The notes under the pieces are model-generated. The model had not been told where the DNA came from. It saw only the letters and a program-made list of their open reading frames with translations, and made no database searches. A DNA stretch of 64,000 nucleotides, from positions 334-64,333 of the forward strand of contig CAYSHH010000004.1 of assembly GCA_964430945.1 (NCBI GenBank), given 5' to 3'. This DNA is from an uncultured Candidatus Saccharibacteria bacterium (GTDB lineage: Bacteria; Patescibacteriota; UBA1384; JAMDBS01; CAYSHH01). A program made the translations under genes and the position numbers. Shown here one piece after another: positions 9,438-19,558 of the stretch; position 1 is the stretch's first letter, and the number at the start of each line of letters is the position of its first letter.

Positions 9438-9974
9438 TTAGTCTTTATAAATTATTTTTACTTTTTCTAATATTTTTCTTTCGTCAAGATCGGATCTATC
9501 TTTATATCTTTTGGTTTGACTATCAATTTTTGTAATCAAATCATCTATTGTAAGGAACAATACTTTACTTCCAAATTCAGGATCATTTTTATCTCTTTTA
9601 GCAAGATCAAATTCTTTTAATTTGCATAGAAAATAGAGTGTAGTTTTTTCAATATTTTTTAGCTTATCTTCGTTGTAAAATCCCACTAGAGATCCGATAT
9701 ATTGCACAATATCTGTTTTTGCACCAAATTCTTCCATAAGACCTCTTTTAAGAGTCTGTTCTATAGATTCATTCTTTTCAGGAGATTCTCTCATAAGTAT
9801 ATATAATTGTTTTAATCCAGATATTTCATCAAAATAATGACACATAACTTGATTTTTATCGTTTAAGACTACAGCACCAATTGAATAGTGACATGGAAAT
9901 TGTTTTGTTTTTCTTAAATAATTTTTCATATTAGTTTTTTCCATTATAATGGATAATCTTCTGAGATAAACCAA
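9438..9974 (-). CDS. Nudix-fold protein with degenerate Nudix box
   Basis: SIGAVVLN strand, ESPEKNESIEQTLKRGLMEEFG, KTTLYFLC. True start probably 9929 or 9944. Confidence 0.75.
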   Translation of the reverse strand: MVYLRRLSIIMEKTNMKNYLRKTKQFPCHYSIGAVVLNDKNQVMCHYFDEISGLKQLYILMRESPEKNESIEQTLKRGLMEEFGAKTDIVQYIGSLVGFYNEDKLKNIEKTTLYFLCKLKEFDLAKRDKNDPEFGSKVLFLTIDDLITKIDSQTKRYKDRSDLDERKILEKVKIIYKD

Positions 9975-10398
9975 CTTTGTTGATATAATTTTTGATTAAT
10001 TCTTTATCTGCTTTAAAGATAGTTTTTGGAAGATTATCCAAGTCAAACCATTTAATATCAATGTGATTATTTGGTTCTTTTATTTGAGCAATTCCTTTAA
10101 ATTTATTCGTTTTAGTTAAAAATGTAATCCAGTGGTCTTTATGATATTTCCAGTTTATTTCAAGTATTGAGATTAATCTACAATTTTTTACAGTCAATCC
10201 AACTTCTTCCTTTATTTCTCTTTTAGCGCAATCAGTAATTGATTCACCAACTTCAAATTTACCACCTGGTAAACTCCAGTGTTTGCCAGTATATTTTGAG
10301 CGTCTATCTGGAATATTTTTATTTAATAACATCAAGATCTTATTATCTTTTAAAATTAAATTAGCGACACCGATGCGAACATAATTTTTTCTTGTCAT
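9931..10398 (-). CDS. Nudix hydrolase (MutT/NUDT15-like)
   Basis: Canonical box WSLPGGKFEVGESITDCAKREIKEEVGL; EP...WF-LD-LP. Confidence 0.92.
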   Translation of the reverse strand: MTRKNYVRIGVANLILKDNKILMLLNKNIPDRRSKYTGKHWSLPGGKFEVGESITDCAKREIKEEVGLTVKNCRLISILEINWKYHKDHWITFLTKTNKFKGIAQIKEPNNHIDIKWFDLDNLPKTIFKADKELIKNYINKVGLSQKIIHYNGKN

Positions 10399-10439
10399 AA
10401 TAATTCCTTCTTAAAATGAGTGTAACAATTGTGCAAAGG

Positions 10440-10808
10440 TTATTCAAATAAAATTATTGTTTTATTTTTAATTAGAAGTTGTTTATCAAAACAATCTATC
10501 AACTCTCTCTTTTGCTCCCTAGTACCTTGTTTTAAGATGTATTTAACAAAATTTTCAATACAATATTGTGTTTTTCTGTCATTTTTGCTCAAGGTGTTGT
10601 GAATAAGTAAGAATTTATCTAGTTCTGGTTTTAGTAGTGGTTTTGAATTTATTTTCTCAATAGATATATCTTTTAATAATTCTGTAAGTTGTTTTACAAT
10701 ATCGACTTCTCTTATATATGGTTCTTTGCGATGTCTATTATTAAACTTCGTACAGTGATAATAGATATATTTTTTAATCTTTCCACTTTTATATCTCTTA
10801 AAATATTT
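10440..10808 (-). pseudogene. C-terminal relic of a large serine recombinase (zinc-ribbon region)
   Basis: Start-less frame of 123 codons: KYFKRYKSGKIKKYIYYHCTKFNNRHRKEPYIREVDIVKQL...FVKYILKQGTREQKRELIDCFDKQLLIKNKTI*. In-frame TGA lies just upstream; no catalytic domain. Confidence 0.7.
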
Positions 10809-10858
10809 TCAATTATGTATTTGCTTCTCTCTTGTTCATCATCTGTTATAATCGAAAT

Positions 10859-11947
10859 ATGAAAGAAAATAGTATATCAAAAATTAAACTTACAGATTTG
10901 GGCTACAATGATTTTTTTGACTCGCAGCTTGCAAAATTAGATTTAACAAACCTTTTGATCGCTCGTGTCATATCTGAGTCCAAAGAAATATATAAAGTAA
11001 AAACTGTTAACGGAGAATATCTAGCTAAAATTACTGGAAAACAAAGATTTCATGCCAGAAGTAGAATTGATTATCCTGCTGTTGGTGATTGGGTGATCGT
11101 TAGAAAAATTGATCAAGAAAAAATGATTATTAAAAGTATTTTATCCAGAAAAACGATACTTCAAAAAAAATACAGCAATAAAGAAGACACTCAAATTATT
11201 GCTACAAATATTGACGTAGCATTTATTGTTGAGTCATTGGATAGGGATTTTAGCCTTAATCGCTTTGAAAGATATATCGTATTGGCTAGTGAAGGGAAAG
11301 TCAGACCAGTCATATTGTTAAATAAAATAGATTTGGTGTCCACGGCTAGACTCAATGAAAAAATTAAACAAATAAAAGATAGATTTACTGATATCGATAT
11401 TATTTTAACTAGTACTGTCACGGGTGATGGATTGAATAAACTGCTAGCTTATATCGGTAGAGGAAAAACATATTGTTTTCTCGGTTCTTCTGGGGTAGGT
11501 AAATCTTCAATAATCAATCATCTACTCAAAAAAAATAATATTACAACTCAGGAAATCAGTACATCCAATCAGCGAGGTAAACACACAACTACTGCACGCG
11601 GAATGTATTTTTTGGAAAATGGTGGAATTGTTATTGATAATCCTGGTACGAGAGAGGTAGGTATTATAAATGCAAGCACCGGTATTAAAAATACATTCAA
11701 TGAAATAATGCTTTTATCTAAACAATGTAAATATGCTGATTGTACTCATACACATGAGCCTGGTTGCGCAGTATTGAAAGCCATGCAAAATAATATTTTA
11801 GACGAAAACGAATATCACAATTTTATCAAACTCAATAAAGAAAATGATTTTCATCAAATGACTGATTTTGAAAAAAGAGAAAAAGATCGAAAGTTTGGTA
11901 AATTCATAAAGAAATCAAAAAATAAATTTAAAAAGATGCAGTATTAA
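10859..11947 (+). CDS. rsgA: Ribosome small subunit-dependent GTPase A
   Basis: OB-fold PAVGDWV, NKID, GSSGVGKSS, RGKHTT, DNPG, CKYADCTHTHEPGC zinc site. Confidence 0.95.
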   Translation: MKENSISKIKLTDLGYNDFFDSQLAKLDLTNLLIARVISESKEIYKVKTVNGEYLAKITGKQRFHARSRIDYPAVGDWVIVRKIDQEKMIIKSILSRKTILQKKYSNKEDTQIIATNIDVAFIVESLDRDFSLNRFERYIVLASEGKVRPVILLNKIDLVSTARLNEKIKQIKDRFTDIDIILTSTVTGDGLNKLLAYIGRGKTYCFLGSSGVGKSSIINHLLKKNNITTQEISTSNQRGKHTTTARGMYFLENGGIVIDNPGTREVGIINASTGIKNTFNEIMLLSKQCKYADCTHTHEPGCAVLKAMQNNILDENEYHNFIKLNKENDFHQMTDFEKREKDRKFGKFIKKSKNKFKKMQY

Positions 11948-12021
11948 TCAAATGCTGATGCATAAAATTGTATCAGTCTAGTATATTGATTATCAGATAA
12001 ATATCATTAAGTATAGACAAG

Positions 12022-12579
12022 ATGGAAAAAATAAAATCAAATCTACATGATCAAATTTTTAAGATTATAAATCAGTCGATTTGTGACAATAAAAAGACAT
12101 ATGCTAGTTATTTGAAAAGATTGCACGAAGGTCATTTTACCAGAAGTGAAAATCAAAAATCTCATTTTTGTGTATATTTTTTTCCCTATAATCCCAAAAA
12201 CAAAAAAGTATTTATTGTGCATCACAAGAAGTCAGGGCTTTGGATTTCCCCTGGTGGACACATTGATGAAAACGAAGGACTTTTAGAGACATTAAATAGA
12301 GAAATATTTGAAGAGCTTGGTGTAAAAGACTTTTATAAAAAAGTACCATCTCCTTTTTTATTAACAATTACTCCAATTGATAATAAAATACAAAAATGCA
12401 AAAAACATTTTGATATATGGTATCTGATGCAAACAAACGGAAATCAATTTAATGTAGATCTGAAAGAATTTCACGATACAAAATGGGTAACAATCGATAA
12501 AGCAGAAAAAATAGTTACCAATATTGCCAATCAAAAAGCACTAAAAGTGATAAAAACAATGAGTAAGATCAATCTGTAG
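12022..12579 (+). CDS. Nudix hydrolase
   Basis: HHKKSGLWISPGGHIDENE...REIFEELG, HFDIWY. Confidence 0.9.
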   Translation: MEKIKSNLHDQIFKIINQSICDNKKTYASYLKRLHEGHFTRSENQKSHFCVYFFPYNPKNKKVFIVHHKKSGLWISPGGHIDENEGLLETLNREIFEELGVKDFYKKVPSPFLLTITPIDNKIQKCKKHFDIWYLMQTNGNQFNVDLKEFHDTKWVTIDKAEKIVTNIANQKALKVIKTMSKINL

Positions 12580-14590
12580 TACTAGCCACAAATTGACTAT
12601 TGTATAGTGAAGTATAAAAACCTTTTTTAGCAAGTAGTTTCTCGTGAGTTCCCTGCTCGACAATATTTCCATCTTTCATGACCAGTATTAGATCTGCATC
12701 TTTGATTGTCGAAAGTCGATGGGCAATCACGAAACTAGTTTTTCCTTTCATAAGATTTTCCATTGCTTTTTGAATGAGAATTTCTGTACGTGTATCAACA
12801 GAGCTTGTTGCTTCATCCAATATTAACATGGGAGTTTTGACAAGCATTGCTCGAGTAATAGTCAGTAGCTGCTTCTCACCTTGAGAAATATTGTCTGCTT
12901 CTTCATTGAGTTCTAAATTATATCCTTGAGGCAAAGCGTGGATAAAATGATCTGCATGCGCGTGTTTTGCGGCATTTGCAATTTCTTTTTGGGTTGCATC
13001 TGGTTTTCCGTAAGCGATATTATCACGAATTGTTCCATTGAATAACCACGTATCTTGTAAAACCATACCAAATAATTTTCTAACATCAGATCTCTTCAAA
13101 TCATTTATATTAACTCCATCAATCTTAATCGATCCTTCGTTTACATCATAAAATCTCATAAGTAGATTGACCATTGTGGTTTTTCCCGCACCAGTTGGTC
13201 CAACGATAGCAACCTTTTGTCCTGATTTAATATGAGCATTAAATCCTTTGATAATTGCCTTATTTGGATCATAGCCGAAAACTACATTATCAAAACTAAT
13301 CTCACCTTTGACTGTTTGTAGAGCATTTTCTTTGGTGTCTTCTCTACTTTCTTCTTTCTCCTCAAGAAATTCAAAAACACGTTCTGCTGCAGCTGCAGTT
13401 GATTGTAACACATTTGTGATATTGGCAATTTGCGCAATTGGTTGATTAAATTGGTTTACATATTGGATAAATGCTTGAATGTCTCCGATTTGTAGCTTTC
13501 CATTGATAGCTAACCATCCACCCAGTACTGATACACCAACAAAACCTAAATTACCGACAAAGGTCATAATTGGCATCATTAGACCGGATAAAAATTGAGA
13601 TTTCCATGCACTACCGAAAAGTTTGGAATTAATTTTTCTAAATTTTCTAATTGATTCTTGTTTTCCATTAAATACTCTCATCACATTATGTCCAGCGTAC
13701 ATTTCTTCAATATGACCATTGAGTTTACCTAGCGAATCCTGTTGCTCTTTGAAAAAATGTTGTGACTTTTTAATAATCATCGCAATAAGTACAAAACTTA
13801 GAGGAAGCAGTATGAGAGATACAATTGTCATCTGCCAAGAAATTGAAAACATCATGATTAGAATACCGATCACCATAGTGATAGAGGTAATAATTTGAGA
13901 TAAGCTTTGATTGAGTGTTTGGCTTACAGTATCTACATCATTGGTAACTCGGGAAAGTATTTCTCCATAAGTTCTTTTATCAAAATATGACAACGGTAGA
14001 CGATTAATTTTTTTAGAAATGTCTCGGCGCAACTGATATGTTATTTTTTGCGAAACACCAGTCATAATCCATCCCTGTATATAGTTAAAAATCGCACTTA
14101 CAAGATATAAAATCAAAAGCTTGATAGCAAAATCTTTCAATATATTAAAATCAATTTGTGGTTTTATGGATAGATCAAGTTTTTTAATCCGATCAACCAT
14201 ATTAGATGGAATTTTTTGAGCTACATCTTCTGGCATATATTGCAACAATACTTCACCAGTCATGCCAGGAGCTATCTCAAATTTTTCTGGTAATTTCTTG
14301 GTAATCTCATCATATGATTTCATATCTACATAATCACTGACGATCTGATTAGTCATATTGCCTAATATTTTTGGACTTACGATTGCAAAAATTGTACTGG
14401 CGATTGCAAATACAAAAACAAAAATTATTGGAACCCAAAATGGTTTCATGTATGTAACCAATTTATTTATTGTTGACCAAAAATCTTTTGGCTTTTCAAT
14501 CGCACCCATTCCCATGCCGCCTGGCCCTCCTCTTGGCATGGCTTTTGGTTTATTCATGTTTTGATCAACTCGGATCTTGTCTTTACTCAT
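12569..14590 (-). CDS. ABC exporter, fused TMD-NBD (heterodimer subunit)
   Basis: GPTGAGKTT, ISQGEKQ, LILDEATSSVD, IAHRLST. Confidence 0.96.
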   Translation of the reverse strand: MSKDKIRVDQNMNKPKAMPRGGPGGMGMGAIEKPKDFWSTINKLVTYMKPFWVPIIFVFVFAIASTIFAIVSPKILGNMTNQIVSDYVDMKSYDEITKKLPEKFEIAPGMTGEVLLQYMPEDVAQKIPSNMVDRIKKLDLSIKPQIDFNILKDFAIKLLILYLVSAIFNYIQGWIMTGVSQKITYQLRRDISKKINRLPLSYFDKRTYGEILSRVTNDVDTVSQTLNQSLSQIITSITMVIGILIMMFSISWQMTIVSLILLPLSFVLIAMIIKKSQHFFKEQQDSLGKLNGHIEEMYAGHNVMRVFNGKQESIRKFRKINSKLFGSAWKSQFLSGLMMPIMTFVGNLGFVGVSVLGGWLAINGKLQIGDIQAFIQYVNQFNQPIAQIANITNVLQSTAAAAERVFEFLEEKEESREDTKENALQTVKGEISFDNVVFGYDPNKAIIKGFNAHIKSGQKVAIVGPTGAGKTTMVNLLMRFYDVNEGSIKIDGVNINDLKRSDVRKLFGMVLQDTWLFNGTIRDNIAYGKPDATQKEIANAAKHAHADHFIHALPQGYNLELNEEADNISQGEKQLLTITRAMLVKTPMLILDEATSSVDTRTEILIQKAMENLMKGKTSFVIAHRLSTIKDADLILVMKDGNIVEQGTHEKLLAKKGFYTSLYNSQFVASTTD

Positions 14591-16389
14591 GCATTACCCC
14601 CAAGTACAACTTCCTTACTCTTCATTTTTCTATTTTTGAGATCACTATTGATTTGATAATCCAATAATTCCTTTTCTGAAAGTTGTGAGTAGGCAATCTC
14701 GCGATAAACTTTACAGTTCTTTAATAATTGTTGATGAGTGCCTTTTCCGACCATTTTTCCATCATCAAGTACAATTATTTTTTCTGCTGATAATATCGTC
14801 GATATTCTTTGAGTAACAATAAGAACTGTCTTATTTTTGATTTTACTTTTAAGTGCTTTGCGAAGCATAGCATCGGTTTTAAAATCAAGCGCTGAAAAAC
14901 TATCATCAAAAATATATATCTCTGGTTTTCTAATGATAGCTCGAGCGATTGAAAGCCTTTGCTTCTGACCACCAGAAACATTTGTTCCTCCCTGGGAAAT
15001 CGGTGCTTCAAATTTACCATCTAAATTTTTGATAAATTCTTCTGATTGGGATACTCGAGCGATTTCTTGCATTTCAATATCGCTTGCTTCAAGTGCTCCA
15101 TATTTAATATTTGAGCTTACTGTACCAGAAAATAAAACTCCTTTTTGAGGCACATAGCCAATTTTTGAGTAAAGATCTTCAAGTTTGTATTGACGTATAT
15201 CAACTCCATCAATTACAATCTCACCAGACGTCACATCGTAAAAACGGGGTATTAAATTAATAAGTGTTGATTTACCAGAACCTGTTGATCCAATAAAAGC
15301 AGTTGTTTCACCAGGGTTTGCTTTAAAGGAAATATTTTCAAGTACTGGAGTATCTGCACCCGGGTATGTAAAATTTACATTTTTAAATTCTAGTTCACCA
15401 ACTGTTTGTCTTTTTGCTTTTATTGGTTTTTTAGGATCTTTTATCGATGGTTTAGTTTCAATCACGTCGTTTACTCTTCCGGCTGAAACAGATGCGCGTG
15501 GTATCATGATAAATACAATCGAGATCATAAGAAATGCCATAATGACCTGCATTGCATATTGCATAAAAGCAATCATGTTACCCACTTCAAGATTTCCAGT
15601 ATTAATCCAGCTTGCCCCCACCCATACAATAAGTACCGATGTTAGATTGAGAATCAACATCATTACTGGTTGCATAATTACCATTAGACGATTCACAAAA
15701 AGATTTGTGGCGGTCAGCTCAACATTAGTTTTATCAAATTTTTCTTGTTCCACGTGCTCATTGTTAAAAGCACGGATTACCCGAAGTCCAGTCAAATTTT
15801 CTCGTGTGACTCGATTGAGTTTATCAATAAGCTTTTGCAATAATTTAAATTTGGGCATAGCCACGGTAAACAATACAATAATTACGCCAAGCAGTACGGT
15901 TACCGCTAGTGCGATTATCCACGACATAGATGGTGACAGATGATAAGCTTTAATTATTGCCCAAATACCAGTGATTGGCGCTTGTAAAATCATCCTTAGG
16001 ATAAGCACCGTTACCATTTGTATTTGCTGAATATCGTTTGTCGAACGAGTTATAAGCGAGGCTGTCGAGAATTTATTAAATTCTACTGATGAAAAATTTT
16101 CAACTTTAGAAAATACCTTGTCTCTAATATCTCTACTAAATCCTGTAGCGATTTTTGAAGAAAAATAGCCTACTCCTACAGTACAAAGCGCACCACCAAG
16201 TGCGACGAGTAGCATTAGAAGCCCAGTATTAAGAATTAAATTATTATTCTGGTTGACGATACCATCATTAATTATTTTTGCCATATAATCGGGTAGCTGA
16301 AGCGTTGCAGCTACTGAGCCAAAGACTAAAACAATCAGAAAAATGATTTGTAGAGTATAAGGTTTTAAATATTTAAATAATTTAAGCAT
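14587..16389 (-). CDS. ABC exporter, fused TMD-NBD (degenerate-site subunit)
   Basis: GSTGSGKST, VSGGQKQR, FDDSFSALD, IVTQR (D and Q in place of catalytic E and H), as in TM287/288-type heterodimers. Confidence 0.96.
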   Translation of the reverse strand: MLKLFKYLKPYTLQIIFLIVLVFGSVAATLQLPDYMAKIINDGIVNQNNNLILNTGLLMLLVALGGALCTVGVGYFSSKIATGFSRDIRDKVFSKVENFSSVEFNKFSTASLITRSTNDIQQIQMVTVLILRMILQAPITGIWAIIKAYHLSPSMSWIIALAVTVLLGVIIVLFTVAMPKFKLLQKLIDKLNRVTRENLTGLRVIRAFNNEHVEQEKFDKTNVELTATNLFVNRLMVIMQPVMMLILNLTSVLIVWVGASWINTGNLEVGNMIAFMQYAMQVIMAFLMISIVFIMIPRASVSAGRVNDVIETKPSIKDPKKPIKAKRQTVGELEFKNVNFTYPGADTPVLENISFKANPGETTAFIGSTGSGKSTLINLIPRFYDVTSGEIVIDGVDIRQYKLEDLYSKIGYVPQKGVLFSGTVSSNIKYGALEASDIEMQEIARVSQSEEFIKNLDGKFEAPISQGGTNVSGGQKQRLSIARAIIRKPEIYIFDDSFSALDFKTDAMLRKALKSKIKNKTVLIVTQRISTILSAEKIIVLDDGKMVGKGTHQQLLKNCKVYREIAYSQLSEKELLDYQINSDLKNRKMKSKEVVLGGNA

Positions 16390-16394
16390 AGTAT

Positions 16395-16832
16395 TTATTT
16401 ATATAATCCCTGAAAAGTTGATATTCTTTTTACTAAACGCACAAGTTCTTTGGTGTCTTCTTCTCCCAAAAAATTCGCAATTGCCTGGGTTTTATCTACA
16501 AATTCCTTTTTAAGCTTTGCAACCTCACCAATCCCTTTTTTAGTCAATTTTACCAATACAATTCTTTTATCATTTTTATCTGAAAAGCGCTTGATAAGAC
16601 CTTGGTTTTCCAAAGTGTTTATTTGGTGGGTCACTGCAGCGAGTGTTACACCAATTTCATTTGCTAATTTTGTGATGGTAATTGATTGTTCACGTGTAAG
16701 TTTATTAATCAGAAACAATATATGTCGCTCGGCTCCTTTTATAGTTGGATGATTACATTTAAACATTTTTGTTTTTGCAAGTTTTAGCATTGCATTATGT
16801 AGCTCAAATGTTGTTTTTCTATCGGTTTTCAT
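16395..16832 (-). CDS. MarR family transcriptional regulator
   Basis: Winged HTH with LE-QGLIKR...DKR...LT-KG. Confidence 0.92.
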   Translation of the reverse strand: MKTDRKTTFELHNAMLKLAKTKMFKCNHPTIKGAERHILFLINKLTREQSITITKLANEIGVTLAAVTHQINTLENQGLIKRFSDKNDKRIVLVKLTKKGIGEVAKLKKEFVDKTQAIANFLGEEDTKELVRLVKRISTFQGLYK

Positions 16833-16852
16833 AGTTTAATTTTTTTAGATAG

Positions 16853-16898
16853 TTTACTAAGTAAAGTAAATTATATTGCATAAAAAAATAATTGTCAA
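16853..16898 (-). promoter_or_regulatory. Consensus sigma70 promoter and probable MarR operator
   Basis: TTGACA-17-TATAAT (16898 to 16870); palindrome TTTACT-A-AGTAAA at 16853-16865 at the predicted start site. Confidence 0.8.
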
Positions 16899-16989
16899 TA
16901 TATCAAATATTACTTTTCAACTTTACGAATTTTGTCTGGTACGAGATAATACATACACACATTGTCAATATTAGCTAAATAAAAATGCT

Positions 16990-18183
16990 ATGAAAAAATA
17001 TACAAAAACAATTATTCTAATAGTTATTATCGTTCTTGTCGGTGGTTTAGTGTTTTGGACGATCGGAAAACCAATGCCAAGTCTAACAGCTCAAGCAAGA
17101 GATATTGAGATGCCTACAACGAAAGTCGGAGCGATTACCTGGCCAACGCGTGGGCAATCGGCAATTGGTGCCAAAGGCTATGGCGTAGTAGCGACTGATG
17201 GTGAGCAAAAAGGCGTGCCGATCGCTAGTATCGCCAAAACTATGTTGGCGCTATCTGTTTTGCAGAAAAAACCATTAGCTATGGGTGAGCAAGGGCCACA
17301 GGTTAATTTTACTCAATCGGATATTGATAAATACAATGATTTTTTGGCACAAAATCAATCAGTAGTACCAATTGCTATCGATGAGCCAATTACTGAGTAT
17401 CAAGCCTTGCAGGCACTTATGCTTCCTTCTGGGAATAATATCGCTGATGCTCTTGCTGCATGGGCTTTTGGATCTGTAAATAATTATTTAGATTTTGCCA
17501 ATGAACAAGCAAAAAGCTGGGGACTCACGGAAACTCATTTTGCTGATGCCAGTGGATTTTCTCCAAAAACCGTAAGTAGTGCTCAAGATTTAGTTATGCT
17601 TGGTGAACATGTTTACGATGAGCCGGTTCTGGCTGATATTGTTAGTCAAGAGGAAGTCACTCTTCCGGTCGCAGGAACAGTCTATAATGTTAATACCCTT
17701 CTTGGTCAGGAAAATATTATTGGCATTAAGACAGGTAATACTGATGAAGCTGGCGGATGTTTCTTGTTTGCCACTAAAAATAATATTGATGGGCAGGATG
17801 TGACAATAATAAGTGCAATTCTTGGTGATACCGATCTTGCAACTGTATTGTATGATTCATTAGTTTTTGCCCAAAATAATTCCCAAAGTCTTGAACTACT
17901 AACCATTCTTTCTAAGGATCAAGTTGTTGGCGAGTTCAATGTTCCTTGGGATAGCACAGTCAATGTAATTCCCGAAGAGGAAGTAACTATTCTTGCTACA
18001 AAAGATGAAGAATTTACCACAGAAGTAGCTATTGATACGGTAAGTACTGCAAAATCAGCAGGTGATAAAGTCGGAGAAATTACGATTAAATCCAAAGATG
18101 CGACCAAAACTGTTCCATTAGTTCTAGAAAATTCTATTTCTACGCCATCGTTCTTTTGGAAATTCACTCATTTGTTTAACTAA
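16990..18183 (+). CDS. D-alanyl-D-alanine carboxypeptidase (peptidase S11)
   Basis: SIAK, SGN and KTG motifs; N-terminal TM; PBP5-like C-domain. Confidence 0.92.
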   Translation: MKKYTKTIILIVIIVLVGGLVFWTIGKPMPSLTAQARDIEMPTTKVGAITWPTRGQSAIGAKGYGVVATDGEQKGVPIASIAKTMLALSVLQKKPLAMGEQGPQVNFTQSDIDKYNDFLAQNQSVVPIAIDEPITEYQALQALMLPSGNNIADALAAWAFGSVNNYLDFANEQAKSWGLTETHFADASGFSPKTVSSAQDLVMLGEHVYDEPVLADIVSQEEVTLPVAGTVYNVNTLLGQENIIGIKTGNTDEAGGCFLFATKNNIDGQDVTIISAILGDTDLATVLYDSLVFAQNNSQSLELLTILSKDQVVGEFNVPWDSTVNVIPEEEVTILATKDEEFTTEVAIDTVSTAKSAGDKVGEITIKSKDATKTVPLVLENSISTPSFFWKFTHLFN

Positions 18184-18221
18184 AATTTATGACAATAGAT
18201 TACTATTAAAGAGGACAAGCC

Positions 18222-19389
18222 GTGGAATTACCATATAAATTGATAAATAATCTAGATGAAAAGATTAAAGCTAGATGGCAAAAACAGTTTGTCAATCCTG
18301 GGCGTGCCTCGATAGATGGTATATGGCGTCGAACTCAGTGTGCTGAAAATAAAATCTGGTTGGAAAAATAATAACGATATGCGTAGAAAAATGGTTCATT
18401 ATTTTGATACATTCGATGTGCAAAAGAGTAAAAATAAATATTCTTTTGTAATAACAGAGCCATTTCTTTGGGTGCACTATACTTTTCCTAAAAATGAAAT
18501 CAAATCATTCGATGCCTTAGTAACCAGATCGCTTAAAAGATGGGAACGTATTTCTGAAAATAAATATGTTCTCGGAGATCTTTCTTTCAGTATTGATATG
18601 GCCAAACCCCTAGATGATTTTATGACATTTCCTAAAAATTATTTGTATCGTTCTTACACATTATCGAAAAAAGATTACCAATTAAATGCCGATATTGAGC
18701 ATGAGCCATGGGATGTATTGAAGACAGGTATACGTCCTATTATGAAACGTGGTAATCCGCTAATGACAACTAAAATTAAGGACATACAAAAATATTTTCC
18801 AGCCCACTTTGAATTGGGGTGCGGGCCATCAATTGAGGCTGGCATTCCTCCACTTCATTTTCTGCATGAAGTATTTGGTATATCAGATCCTAAAACTGGT
18901 ATGTTTATTCTTGATCTAGCCAAAGACAAACTTATACCATTCATCTTAACTGATCCAAAATCATTTTATTTACAATCATCTTTGCCGTACCGAAAAGCCC
19001 TTATTTCTCCAGCTACTAAATTTTATCGCACCATGAGTATATTAAAAGATAAAAATCTCTTGATAGAGCCGATAATAACAAATAATTTTGATGGATTTTC
19101 TTCTCTAATGGGATTGAAAGAACAATATGTTAGACGTTATAAGGAAAGTGAAATCATGCCCAAGCTAGATATTGACCCAAGAGCAAAATCATTGATTGTG
19201 GTTGGAGCACATGCAGACAGAAGGCATACATAAGAAGCTGCACGTCTTGCTGGTTTAAAAGTAATATATATTGATCCAGAACAATTTGGTAAAAACCACC
19301 CATACCCTCTTGAATCACCACAGGATGAAGATATCGTCATGAATATGACTGCATATGAATTTGCGACTGCATTGAGAAAAATATTTTGA
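18222..19389 (+). pseudogene. Divergent sirtuin-like (Sir2-fold) gene with a frameshift and a premature stop
   Basis: GAGGA RBS plus GTG at 18222; frame change near 18350; ELGCGPSIEAGIPPL and ITNNFDG motifs; TAA at 19231 followed by 51 in-frame codons (EAARLAGLKVIYIDPE...) to TGA 19389. Confidence 0.72.
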
Positions 19390-19505
19390 CATAAAAATAT
19401 CAATCACAATATTGCAATCGAAATTTAAAAAAAATAGCCAAATATATTATTCCAAATAAAAGGATGTTCTAGACCGAGTACATGAATTATCAGTAGATAT
19501 CCAAC

Positions 19506-19534
19506 AAAAAAAAGAACCCCATAAAATAGGGTTC
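19506..19534 (-). terminator. Intrinsic terminator
   Basis: GAACCC-9 nt loop-GGGTTC then T8 on the minus strand. Confidence 0.6.
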
Positions 19535-19558
19535 GTAAAATCGATACACGATATATGA

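Noticed and set aside
10809-10811. TGA read-through (genetic code 25)
   Set aside because: TGA ends several intact genes (e.g. 26316, 27821, 49060) and long ORFs are uninterrupted under code 11
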